DNA of 64,000 nt. Source: Vicinamibacteria bacterium. GTDB taxonomy: Bacteria; Acidobacteriota; Vicinamibacteria; Marinacidobacterales; Marinacidobacteraceae. Under the pieces are notes generated by a model. The model was given only the letters and a program-made list of their open reading frames with translations, did no database searches and was not told where the DNA came from. Shown in pieces: positions 47,348 to 56,173 of the stretch (the stretch's first letter is position 1; each line of letters opens with the position of its first letter). Both the position numbers and the translations under genes were made by a program. The stretch spans positions 1,648,223-1,712,222 of the forward strand of contig OZ244068.1 in assembly GCA_965215615.1 (NCBI GenBank). The letters are read 5' to 3'.

Positions 47348-47944
47348 ATGACCGACGAAAAAATGACCGACGCAGAGCTGAAAGCGCTGGTTGCTGGCCT
47401 GGCCACGGCGCAGGACCGCACCGATGCCCAGATGGCGAAGACCGATGCCAAGATCGACCGGCTGGTGGACCGAATTGCGGAGACCGAGGTCCTGGTGAGG
47501 GAAACCTCCGTCGAAATCAAAGAGCTGTCGAAAATGTACGGCGGTGCCAGCAACAACCTGGGCGCGGCGGTCGAGGAGTTCTTCTACAACAGCCTCAAGG
47601 CCCATCCGGTTCTCGGTGGGGTGCGCTTCGAATCCGTCGAAAGGAACGTCCCGGGCCGCGACGACAAAACCGGCCAGAAGGACGAGTTCGACCTGCTGCT
47701 CGTGAACGGCAGCGAGGTGTTCGTCGTGGAGGTGAAGCACAGGGCGCACAAGGACGACCTGAAGGACCTGCTGGACGAGAAGGCACCGAACTCCCGGCGG
47801 ATGTTCCCGAAGTACGCCGGCCACCGGCACCGGTTCGCTCTCGCCACGTTCCACATCCATGACGAACTGAAGGAGTCGGCTCTGGAGAAGGGGGTGACCG
47901 TGCTGCAGCGCAAGGGCGACGTGATCGAAACCTCCCCGGCCTGA
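47348..47944 (+). CDS. hypothetical protein: N-terminal coiled coil plus C-terminal PD-(D/E)xK-like nuclease fold
   Basis: N-terminus is a heptad-like K/E/D-rich helix; C-terminal 'DEFDLLLVNGSEVFVVEVKHR' fits a D...E-x-K restriction-endonuclease-like core. Confidence 0.5.
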   Translation: MTDEKMTDAELKALVAGLATAQDRTDAQMAKTDAKIDRLVDRIAETEVLVRETSVEIKELSKMYGGASNNLGAAVEEFFYNSLKAHPVLGGVRFESVERNVPGRDDKTGQKDEFDLLLVNGSEVFVVEVKHRAHKDDLKDLLDEKAPNSRRMFPKYAGHRHRFALATFHIHDELKESALEKGVTVLQRKGDVIETSPA

Positions 47945-48046
47945 AGCGGGGCGAACGGCGCTCGGCAGGCTCTTCGGAGGGTAGCTCAGCCTCCCTCCGC
48001 GCCGCTCCACCCGGGTCACGATGAGCCGCTGCTACTCTCGCGTGCC

Positions 48047-49378
48047 ATGAACCGAACCGGACTCACCAGAAGACAATGGCTCGCCGCCGGAGCGGCCGCC
48101 GCCACCATCCCGCAGACGCTCGGCGCCGCCCCCCGGGCACCGCTCGCGGCTTCACCGATTCCGCTGGTCCGGATCGGTTTCGTCGGGATCGGTGGCATGG
48201 GGTCGGTCCACGTCCGCAATCTTCTCGCCATCGGCAAGGCCATCGGCGGCGTGGAGATTCGGGCGCTTGGCGACATCCGCCGGGAGCATGCCGAGCGCGC
48301 CCGGGAATGGGTACGGGAAGCGGGCGGCCCCGAACCCCGGCTCTACACCCGAGGAGAACGGGATTTCGAGCGCCTCTGCGCCGAAGAGGATCTCGACCTG
48401 ATCTTCACCGCCACCCCCTGGCGCTGGCACGTCCCGGTGATGCTCGCGGCGATGGAAAACGGAAAACACGCGGCCACCGAAGTCCCGGCGGCGACCACCC
48501 TCGACGAATGCTGGCAACTGGTCGAGACCGCCGAGAGCACCGGCCGGCACGCGGTGATGATGGAGAACTGCAACTACGGGCGCTTCGAGATGCTGGTCTT
48601 CCATCTGACCCGGCTCGGCATGTTCGGAGACATCCTCCACGCCGAAGGCGGCTATCTCCACGATCTGCGGTCGGTCAAGTTTTCGGACCGGGGCGAGGGA
48701 CTCTGGCGGCGCGCCCACTCGCGGACCCGGAACGCCAACCTCTACCCCACCCACGGGCTCGGGCCGGTGGCGAACTGCATGGACATCGGGCGCGGCGACC
48801 GCTTCGAATATCTGGTCTCGATGAGCGGCCCTTCGCGGGGGCTTCAGGAATACGCACGGGAGCGCTTCCCCGAAAAAGCCCCCGAGCGACGGGAGCACTT
48901 CCTGCTCGGGGATGTGAACCTGAGCCTCATCCGCACCGCCCGGGGACGCACCATCACCGTCGTCCACGACACGAATCTGCCCCGGCCCTACAGCCGCATC
49001 CATGCGGTGCAGGGGACGAAAGGGATTTTCAACGGGTACCCCAACCGCATCCATCTCGAAGGCCGAAGCCCGGAGCACCAGTGGGAGGATGCCGCCGACT
49101 ACCTCGCCGAGTTCGAGCATCCGCTCTGGCGCGAGGTTGCGGGACCGGGCGAGGAGCTCGGCCACGGACGGATGGATTACCTCGAGGACTACCGGCTGAT
49201 CCGCTGCCTCCAGCAGGGACTGCCCACCGAGATGAACGTTTATGACGCCGCGGCTCTTTCGGTGGTCACCGACCTCTCGGAGCGTTCGGCGGCGGACCGC
49301 AGCCGCCCGGTGGATTTCCCGGACTTCACCCGCGGCGGCTGGCGCAGTTTTCCGAAACTTCCGCTGGTCGCCGCCTGA
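48047..49378 (+). CDS. Tat-exported Gfo/Idh/MocA-family oxidoreductase (GH109-like)
   Basis: 'LTRRQWLAAGAAAA' Tat signal; 'IGFVGIGGMGSVH' Rossmann motif. Confidence 0.8.
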   Translation: MNRTGLTRRQWLAAGAAAATIPQTLGAAPRAPLAASPIPLVRIGFVGIGGMGSVHVRNLLAIGKAIGGVEIRALGDIRREHAERAREWVREAGGPEPRLYTRGERDFERLCAEEDLDLIFTATPWRWHVPVMLAAMENGKHAATEVPAATTLDECWQLVETAESTGRHAVMMENCNYGRFEMLVFHLTRLGMFGDILHAEGGYLHDLRSVKFSDRGEGLWRRAHSRTRNANLYPTHGLGPVANCMDIGRGDRFEYLVSMSGPSRGLQEYARERFPEKAPERREHFLLGDVNLSLIRTARGRTITVVHDTNLPRPYSRIHAVQGTKGIFNGYPNRIHLEGRSPEHQWEDAADYLAEFEHPLWREVAGPGEELGHGRMDYLEDYRLIRCLQQGLPTEMNVYDAAALSVVTDLSERSAADRSRPVDFPDFTRGGWRSFPKLPLVAA

Positions 49379-49381
49379 AAG

Positions 49382-50044
49382 TCACGGCTCTACCCGTCCC
49401 CGACGGACCACCCAGTAACCGCCCCGGAACACTTCGGCGACGTTCGCGATCGCCCCGATCTGGGTCAGCGGATCCCCTTCGACGACCAGGATATCCGCGA
49501 GCTTGCCGACCTCGAGGCTTCCGAGTCGATCGTCCACTCCCAGAACCCGCGCACCGTCGAGCGTGGCCGCCCGAAGCGCTCCGGCTTCGGAAAGACCCGC
49601 CTCGACAAGGGCCTCCAGTTCGAGGACATAGGCCCGCACCACTTCTTCCGGGCTCGCACCGGTCCCTACTCCGGACTCGCGCGGCCCGGGCCCCGGCGCG
49701 AAGACGCGGGGACCGGAAATCCCGCTCTCGACCTCCTCGTCGAAGCGCACCGAAGTGATTCCGGCCCCGAGGAAAGCGACAGGGTCCCCGGATGAGCGTG
49801 CCTCGATATCGATCAGACCCGGCAGCACGGTGTGCCCGGAGACATCCAGCACCATCGCGCCCCGGGGCCATCCGGTTTCTCCCTCGGGCAGGATGGCGAC
49901 GATCCGGCCCCCTTCGAGAACGAGGCTCCCCGGAACGGATTCCGAGCCGGTCCCGTCGAAGAGGAAGCCGTTCCAGAGCACGGTGGTTCGAGGTGGCGGG
50001 AGCCCGGCCTGCACTGCGGCGAGAACCAGCAGGAGGCCAGGCAT
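49382..50044 (-). CDS. amidohydrolase-like protein lacking the catalytic TIM-barrel core (internally deleted paralog or mini-protein)
   Basis: N-terminal beta-sandwich segment '...GHTVLPGLIDIEARSS' (HxH ligands replaced) joined directly to C-terminal segment '...GSLEVGKLADILVVEGDPL...'; only 220 aa; signal peptide present. Confidence 0.5.
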   Translation of the reverse strand: MPGLLLVLAAVQAGLPPPRTTVLWNGFLFDGTGSESVPGSLVLEGGRIVAILPEGETGWPRGAMVLDVSGHTVLPGLIDIEARSSGDPVAFLGAGITSVRFDEEVESGISGPRVFAPGPGPRESGVGTGASPEEVVRAYVLELEALVEAGLSEAGALRAATLDGARVLGVDDRLGSLEVGKLADILVVEGDPLTQIGAIANVAEVFRGGYWVVRRGRVEP

Positions 50045-51766
50045 TCAGGCCTGATGCATCGTCTTTCCGCCCACCACCGTCCGATGGATGGCGATCTCCT
50101 TCAGACGGTCGGGGTCGGATGCGGCGACGTCGTGCGGGTCTTCCTCGAGCATCACGAAATCGGCCACCTTGCCGATCTTGATGCTCCCCTTGATGTTCTC
50201 CTCGAAGGAAGCCCAGGCACCGTGGATCGTGCCGATGCGGATCGCCTCGTCCATCGTCACCTTCTGGTTCCCACCCCAGACCCGGCCCTCCAGATCCTTG
50301 CGGGTGAGCATCGCCTGAAGCGCCATCATCGGCTCGTAGGGCCCCGGAACGTAGTCGGAGGCACCCGCTACCTTGATGTCGTAGTCGAGGAACGAACGGT
50401 GGGCGAACATCCACTTCATCTTCTCCTCGCCGTACTCCACCCACTTGTTCCCGTGGTAATGGACATAGGTCCAGAACGGAGTGGGGATCGAGCCGGAGTC
50501 GTGGATCCGCTGGAGCAGCTCCGGATTCACGAGCGAACAGTGTTCGATCCGGTGGCGGGCATCGCGCGGCGCGTCGCGGAGAACCTTTTCGTAGGCATCG
50601 AGCACGTACTGGATGGTCAGGTCGCCGTTCGCGTGGATCCCGATGTGGAAATCGTGGGCGTGAGAATCCTCCACCGCCTCCATGATCTCCTCGGGGGTCA
50701 TGGTCAGGATGCCGTGATCGTGAGTCCCTTCGTACGGCGTGCTCATGTACATGGTGCGGCCGGAGGCGGAACCGTCGGCCCCGTACTTGATCGCCCCGAG
50801 CCGCAGCCACTCGTCGCCGAAACCCCGATGGATGCCGGCGCTCTTCAAGCCGCGGTGGAGATCGGAATCCGCGGACGCGAAGTAGTACATCCGGTAGCGG
50901 AGCTCGCCGGCCGCATAGGCATCCTCGAGCGCCCGGAGACCGTTCGCGTCGCCGCCGGTCTGGTGCACGCTCGTGATCCCCGCCGCGGTCATGAGCCCCG
51001 ACATGTGCGCGACCCCGGCCTGGTAATCGGCCCGCGAAAAGACCCGGCGCTCGCCCACTCCGTCGAAGACCTCGTCGGCCTTTTCCTCCACGAGGCCGGT
51101 CAGTTCGCCGTTCGCGTCCCGCTCGAAACGGCCGCCCGGCGGGTCGGCGATGTCCCTCGTCACCCCGGCCATCTCGAGCGCCTTCGAGTTGTACCAGTAG
51201 ATGTGGCCGCCCCGGTGCGAGACCCGCACTGGAACCCGGGTCGTCGCCTCGTCCAGATCGTGCCGGTTGATGCGACGGTACTCCCCGTTTTCGTCGGTGA
51301 CCTTGGTGTCGTCGTACTTGAACCCGCGCACCCAGTGCCCCGGCCGGGTATCGGCGGCGGCCGCCCGGATGGCGAGCTTGATGTCCTCGATGGTCCGGAC
51401 ATCGAGGTTTACCTCGAACAGATCCCGCATGCCGTTCGGATGGCAATGGGCATCGATGAAGCCGGGAACCACGGTCATCCCGCCGGCATCCACGACCTCG
51501 GTGGCTGGCCCGGCGAGGTTCATCACGTCCTCGTCGGAGCCCACCGCGACGAACTTGCCGTGGTTCACCGCGAGCGCTTCAGCCCGGTCCATGGTCTCCC
51601 CGCCCTCGCTGTACTCCGAGGTATAGACCCGGGCGTTCCTCACGATCATCTGGGGGCTGACCGACTCCGGAGCACCACAGGCATTCGCGAGACCGGCCGC
51701 CGCGGCGGCGGTTCCGAGCTTCAGGAACTCGGTGCGACTCAATTTGTTATCGAGCAAACGGGACAT
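50045..51766 (-). CDS. amidohydrolase-family protein (YtcJ-like, Amidohydro_3)
   Basis: 'VPGFIDAHCHP', 'HIGIHANGD', 'GKVADFVML' motifs; 573 aa. Confidence 0.8.
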   Translation of the reverse strand: MSRLLDNKLSRTEFLKLGTAAAAAGLANACGAPESVSPQMIVRNARVYTSEYSEGGETMDRAEALAVNHGKFVAVGSDEDVMNLAGPATEVVDAGGMTVVPGFIDAHCHPNGMRDLFEVNLDVRTIEDIKLAIRAAAADTRPGHWVRGFKYDDTKVTDENGEYRRINRHDLDEATTRVPVRVSHRGGHIYWYNSKALEMAGVTRDIADPPGGRFERDANGELTGLVEEKADEVFDGVGERRVFSRADYQAGVAHMSGLMTAAGITSVHQTGGDANGLRALEDAYAAGELRYRMYYFASADSDLHRGLKSAGIHRGFGDEWLRLGAIKYGADGSASGRTMYMSTPYEGTHDHGILTMTPEEIMEAVEDSHAHDFHIGIHANGDLTIQYVLDAYEKVLRDAPRDARHRIEHCSLVNPELLQRIHDSGSIPTPFWTYVHYHGNKWVEYGEEKMKWMFAHRSFLDYDIKVAGASDYVPGPYEPMMALQAMLTRKDLEGRVWGGNQKVTMDEAIRIGTIHGAWASFEENIKGSIKIGKVADFVMLEEDPHDVAASDPDRLKEIAIHRTVVGGKTMHQA

Positions 51767-51768
51767 GG

Positions 51769-54700
51769 TCAGTCCTCCTGATTGGGACGGGGAGTGAGAC
51801 GCGGGGGGCCGCCGGCGCGGAGCTCATCGCCCAGTGGGCCGATGCGGGCACGCACCGCATCCCACGCGGCGATCCGCTCCCCGTACTCGGCGGCGAGCGC
51901 CTCGATGCGGGCAAGGGTTTCCGGTCCGGGGGCCTCGGTGTAGGCATCGAGATTTCGCGCGATCGCCGCCAAACGGGCGAAGAGCGGCCGGGGCCAGGCA
52001 CCGAAACCGGGCCGGCCCTCGTTCCGGGAGAGATTTCGGGCCGCTTCGGTGGCCGCCTCGTGGAATTCGCCGACCCGGGTCTTGAGCTCGCTGTCCGGCT
52101 CTTCGGCGAAGGCCGCGACCAGCGCTTCGGCTTCTTCGGCGGTGGCTTCCGCCTGCTCGTTAGCGCGATGCATCCCGGAAATCATCCCGGCGAGCCGCAG
52201 GAGCGCCGCGTGGTTCGCCCGCCGGTCGGCATCCGAAATCCGGATGCGCGGGTCTTCGGAAACCCGGACGGTCTCCTCGGCGGAGGCCTCGCCGCTCTCG
52301 ATCCGGACCCGGTACTCGCCGGGGAGCGCCCGTGGGCCGGCCGGCGGGCCGCCGAACCCCTGCCCGCCTCCGGGAATCGGCGAGTCGTGACGAAGGTTCC
52401 AGTTCACCCGGTTGAGTCCGGGCTCGAAGTCCGCTTCGAGGGTTCGCACCACCATCCCCCCGGCGTCGCGGACCGTGACCTCAGCCTTGCCGGCGGTGGA
52501 CGCATACACGTGCAGCAGCGCTCCTTCCGGAGGGTTCTCCGCGAGGAAGAACTTGTGACCGGTGTTTCCCTTGTGGTTGTAGATGCGAAAGGCGTGAGCC
52601 TCCCGGATCGGGAAAAGGTGGAGCTCCTTCTCGAAGACCGAGGCATCGAGAGTGGTGAGCGGGGCGATGTCGTCGGCGATCCAGACGCTCCGGCCGTGAG
52701 TGCCGAGAATCAGGTCGTTCTCCCGGGGGTGGATCGCGAGGTCGTCCACCGGGACGGTCGGAATCTGGCCGCCGATCCGGTGCCAGTTCTCTCCCCGGTC
52801 GAGGGTCAGATAGACGCCGAATTCGCCGCCCGTCACCAGGAAGTTCTCGTTCTCGTGGTGCTCGCGGATGACGTTCAGCGCAGCTTCCGGCGGGAGAGCG
52901 GCCGCGAGCGAGCGGAAACTGTCTCCGTAGTCCTCGCTCGCGAACACGTAAGTCGCGTAGTCGTTGTTGCGGTGGCCGTCGAGCGTCACATAGACCCGCG
53001 AAGCCGAATGCGCGGAAGCGACCAGCCGGGTGACATAGGTCTGGTCGGGCACGCCGGGGAGATTCCCGGTCAGGTTTTCCCAGGTTTCGCCGCCGTCCCG
53101 ACTCCGCTGGAGGTTGCCGTCGTCGGCCCCCACATAGATCACCCCCGCTTCCACCGGCGAGACCGCGATGGTCACGATCTGGCCGAAAGTCGAAATCCCG
53201 TCATGGCGGGAGAGGGTGTCCTCGGTCACCGGCGCGCCCATGATCGGCAGTTCATCGCGGTCGAGGCGCTTGGTCAGATCTTCGGTACGGGTCCAGGCAT
53301 CGCCCCGATTCTTCGAGATGAAGAGGCGGTTGCCTCCGTAGAAGACGGTGTCGGGGTCGTGCGGGGAAACCACGATCGGGCTGTTCCAGTCGAAGCGGTA
53401 GCGCTCGCCGTCCGCTTCCGGCTCGGGCCGGATCGTCTTGGTCTCCGAGGTAAGCCGGTTGAGGCGGCGCAGGTTGCCGTTCTGGGATTCGATATAGACG
53501 GTGTCCGGATCGTCCGGAATCACCTGGGTGTAGAAGCCGTCGCCCCCGCCGATCCGGAACCAGTCCTCGTTGCTGATCCCCTGCCGGAAGAGGGTCCGCG
53601 AGGGGCCGGCCCAGCTCCCGTTGTCCTGAAGTCCCCCATAGACGAGGTAGGGAGCGTTCATGTCGTAGCCGATCTCGTAGAACTGGCCGAGCGGGATCGT
53701 GTTCACGAAGTCCCAGCTCCGCCCGCGATCCCACGAGAGATGGATGCCGCCGTCGTTGCCGAGCACCATGTGGTTCGAATCGGCAGGGTTGATCCAGAGC
53801 GCGTGGTGATCCACGTGGATGCGCTGGACCCAGTCGGTATCGAAGGTTCGCCCGCCATCCTGCGAGTAGTGCATCCGGGTTCCCAGCACCCAGATGCGCT
53901 GGTCGTTGTTCGGGTCGATCCGGATCTGACTGTAGTACATCGGCCGCGGGTTGGTGTCGCTCATCCGCTCCCAGGTGAGTCCACGATCCTCCGAGCGGAA
54001 AACGCCGCCTTCGCGGTTTTCGACGATCGCATAGACGACGCGCGGATCGCGGCGATAGACCGCGAGGCCGATCCGGCCGGTGTCGCCTTCGGGGAGGCCG
54101 CCCCCGAGCTTCGTCCAGCTCTCGCCGCCGTCGGTGGTGCGATGGATGCCGCTCCCCGGCCCGCCGCCCGCGAATCCGTAGGCGCGCCGTCGCCGCTGGT
54201 AGAGCGCCGCGTAGAGGATGTCCGGGCTTTCCGGATCCATCGCGATCTCCACCGCTCCGGTGTTCTCGTCCCCGTGAAGCACCCGGTCCCAGCTCGCGCC
54301 GCCGTCGCGGGTCCGATAGACACCCCGCTCGTCGTTCGGCCCCCAGAGATGGCCGAGCGCGGCGACATACACGGTGTCGGGGTCAGCCGGATGGACCAGA
54401 ACCCGGCCGATGTGGTGGGTATCCGCGAGTCCCTTGTGCTCCCAGGTGGTCCCTCCGTCGCCCGACCGATAGACCCCGTTCCCCCACGAACTGCTCTGCC
54501 GGTTCGCGGGCTCCCCGGTCCCCACCCAGACGACCGAGGGATCCGAAGCGGCCACCGCCACCGAGCCGATGGAAGAGACTTCTTCGTTCTGGAACTGCGG
54601 AATCCAGGTCGTGCCGTGGTTCATCGTCTTCCAGAGACCGGCGCTCGCGGTGGCCACCCAGAAGGTCTTCGGATCGGACTCGACGACCGCCAGATCATCG

Positions 54701-54849
54701 ATCCGGCCGCCCATGATGGCCGGGCCGATGTTCCGCCACTCGATCCGGTTCAGGATGGATTCGACCTGCTCGGGGGTCTGCCCTGCCGCCGGAAGCGCCG
54801 GCAACACGAAAGCCACGAAGAGCAGGGCACGTGCGAAAGGAACGTTCAT
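51769..54849 (-). CDS. secreted BNR/Asp-box repeat protein (sortilin/VPS10-like glycoside-hydrolase-type beta-propeller)
   Basis: Signal peptide after the ATG at 54847-54849; multiple 'S.DGG.TW' Asp-box repeats; ~1026 aa. Confidence 0.75.
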   Translation of the reverse strand: MNVPFARALLFVAFVLPALPAAGQTPEQVESILNRIEWRNIGPAIMGGRIDDLAVVESDPKTFWVATASAGLWKTMNHGTTWIPQFQNEEVSSIGSVAVAASDPSVVWVGTGEPANRQSSSWGNGVYRSGDGGTTWEHKGLADTHHIGRVLVHPADPDTVYVAALGHLWGPNDERGVYRTRDGGASWDRVLHGDENTGAVEIAMDPESPDILYAALYQRRRRAYGFAGGGPGSGIHRTTDGGESWTKLGGGLPEGDTGRIGLAVYRRDPRVVYAIVENREGGVFRSEDRGLTWERMSDTNPRPMYYSQIRIDPNNDQRIWVLGTRMHYSQDGGRTFDTDWVQRIHVDHHALWINPADSNHMVLGNDGGIHLSWDRGRSWDFVNTIPLGQFYEIGYDMNAPYLVYGGLQDNGSWAGPSRTLFRQGISNEDWFRIGGGDGFYTQVIPDDPDTVYIESQNGNLRRLNRLTSETKTIRPEPEADGERYRFDWNSPIVVSPHDPDTVFYGGNRLFISKNRGDAWTRTEDLTKRLDRDELPIMGAPVTEDTLSRHDGISTFGQIVTIAVSPVEAGVIYVGADDGNLQRSRDGGETWENLTGNLPGVPDQTYVTRLVASAHSASRVYVTLDGHRNNDYATYVFASEDYGDSFRSLAAALPPEAALNVIREHHENENFLVTGGEFGVYLTLDRGENWHRIGGQIPTVPVDDLAIHPRENDLILGTHGRSVWIADDIAPLTTLDASVFEKELHLFPIREAHAFRIYNHKGNTGHKFFLAENPPEGALLHVYASTAGKAEVTVRDAGGMVVRTLEADFEPGLNRVNWNLRHDSPIPGGGQGFGGPPAGPRALPGEYRVRIESGEASAEETVRVSEDPRIRISDADRRANHAALLRLAGMISGMHRANEQAEATAEEAEALVAAFAEEPDSELKTRVGEFHEAATEAARNLSRNEGRPGFGAWPRPLFARLAAIARNLDAYTEAPGPETLARIEALAAEYGERIAAWDAVRARIGPLGDELRAGGPPRLTPRPNQED

Positions 54850-54907
54850 GGGATTCCTCCTCGTGCGAGCGTACACCACATGGACTCGGGAACCCCGGAG
54901 GCCCGCC

Positions 54908-55168
54908 TTGCGCACCGTGAACCTGCGTTACGCCAAGGCCCACCACTCCCGCCTCGTGCGCGAAGCGGTGAGCGGGCAGCCGTTCGTCATCGCCCGCGCC
55001 GGGAAACCGCTGGTGCGGGTCACGGCCATACCGGAGGAGACCCCGGCGAAGCGACTGATCGGTTGTCTCGACGGGCAGTTCTCGGTTCCCGACGACTTCG
55101 ACACCATGATGGCGGATGAGATCCAGGCGATGTTCGAAGGCAAGCCCAAGGAACCAATCCCGAAATAG
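54908..55168 (+). CDS. Phd/YefM-family antitoxin, orphan upstream copy (TTG start)
   Basis: 'RTVNLRYAKAHHSRLVREAVSGQPFVIARAGKPLVRV...'; ~119 nt identical to copy 2; the ATG is replaced by TTG; no toxin gene follows. Confidence 0.55.
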   Translation: MRTVNLRYAKAHHSRLVREAVSGQPFVIARAGKPLVRVTAIPEETPAKRLIGCLDGQFSVPDDFDTMMADEIQAMFEGKPKEPIPK

Positions 55169-55202
55169 ACTAAGCTGACTGAACTAACCCCGGAGATCCA
55201 CC

Positions 55203-55478
55203 ATGCGCACCGTGAACATGCACCACGCCAAAACCCACCTCTCGCGTCTCGTCCGCGAAGCGGTGAGCGGGCAGCCGTTCGTCATCGCCCGCGCCGGGAA
55301 ACCGCTGGTGCGGGTCACGGCCATACCGGAGGAGACCCCGGCGAAGCGACTGATCGGTTGTCTCGACGGCCAGTTCTCCGTACCGGACGACTTCGACACC
55401 ATGATGGCGGACGAGATTCAGGCGATGTTCGAGGGCAAGTACAAGGGCGTTCTCGATGAGGGACACGAACAGGAGTGA
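55203..55478 (+). CDS. Phd/YefM-family antitoxin (copy 2)
   Basis: 'MRTVNMHHAKTHLSRLVREAVSGQPFVIARAGKPLVRV'; stop overlaps the toxin GTG start (GTGA). Confidence 0.8.
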   Translation: MRTVNMHHAKTHLSRLVREAVSGQPFVIARAGKPLVRVTAIPEETPAKRLIGCLDGQFSVPDDFDTMMADEIQAMFEGKYKGVLDEGHEQE

Positions 55479-55867
55479 AATTTCTTCTCGACACCCACGT
55501 CCTTCTCTGGGCCACGAGCATTCCGGAAAAACGGACCCCGGAACTGCTGGCGCTTCTCGAAGCACCCCGAACGGAGTTGTTTTTCAGTGCGGTATCCATC
55601 TGGGAAGTCGCGATCAAGAACCAGCACCATTCGGGGAACCTCTTTTCTGCCGACACGCTCCGTTCCAGGCTCCTTGAAGTCGGATGCATCGAACTCCCTG
55701 TCACCAGCACCCACGCGGTCGCGATCCGGAACCTCCCTCCGATCCACAAGGATCCATTCGACCGGCTTCTGATCGCCCAGGCTCAGGTAGAAGGAGTCAC
55801 CCTACTGACCGCGGATCGGACCATCGCGCGGTACCCCGGCCCAATCCGCCTGCTCGGGAGGCGCTGA
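55475..55867 (+). CDS. PIN-domain (VapC-family) toxin
   Basis: 'KFLLDTHVLLWA...SIWEVAIK...' PIN acidic residues; GTG start overlapping the antitoxin stop. Confidence 0.8.
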   Translation: MKFLLDTHVLLWATSIPEKRTPELLALLEAPRTELFFSAVSIWEVAIKNQHHSGNLFSADTLRSRLLEVGCIELPVTSTHAVAIRNLPPIHKDPFDRLLIAQAQVEGVTLLTADRTIARYPGPIRLLGRR

Positions 55868-56081
55868 CGCGCGGAGCGTTGCTGATTTCGCCTACGCGAC
55901 GCGGCCTGTCGCGGTGGCCCCGGCTTGATCTGGCGGCAGAGAGGCGGGCCACTCGCTCGGCGATGGCGTGGATGCCATGACGGATCGCCTGACGTTCCTT
56001 GCTGGCGGTCCGCTGCCCGGTGAGGATGAGCCCGGCAAGACTCACCCCGACGGCGAGGATGGCGTAGAACTCGGGGGTCAT
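55797..56081 (-). CDS. possible small membrane protein (hypothetical, weak)
   Basis: ORF with an N-terminal TM helix 'EFYAILAVGVSLAGLILTG'; no clear RBS; overlaps the vapC-like 3' end. Confidence 0.2.
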   Translation of the reverse strand: MTPEFYAILAVGVSLAGLILTGQRTASKERQAIRHGIHAIAERVARLSAARSSRGHRDRPRRVGEISNAPRVSASRAGGLGRGTARWSDPRSVG

Positions 56082-56173
56082 GCGCTGAATCGTACGCCGA
56101 CCCCCCTTTCTGTCAGCACTCGTGAGACACTCGGCCGGATATGGTCAGAACAGTATATCGTCCGCGTCGCCGG

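Noticed and set aside
45734-48019. 761-aa minus-strand ORF overlapping the giant gene 3' end and the downstream gene
   Set aside because: Overlaps two plus-strand genes with recognisable products; R/P/G-rich translation typical of high-GC antisense frames.
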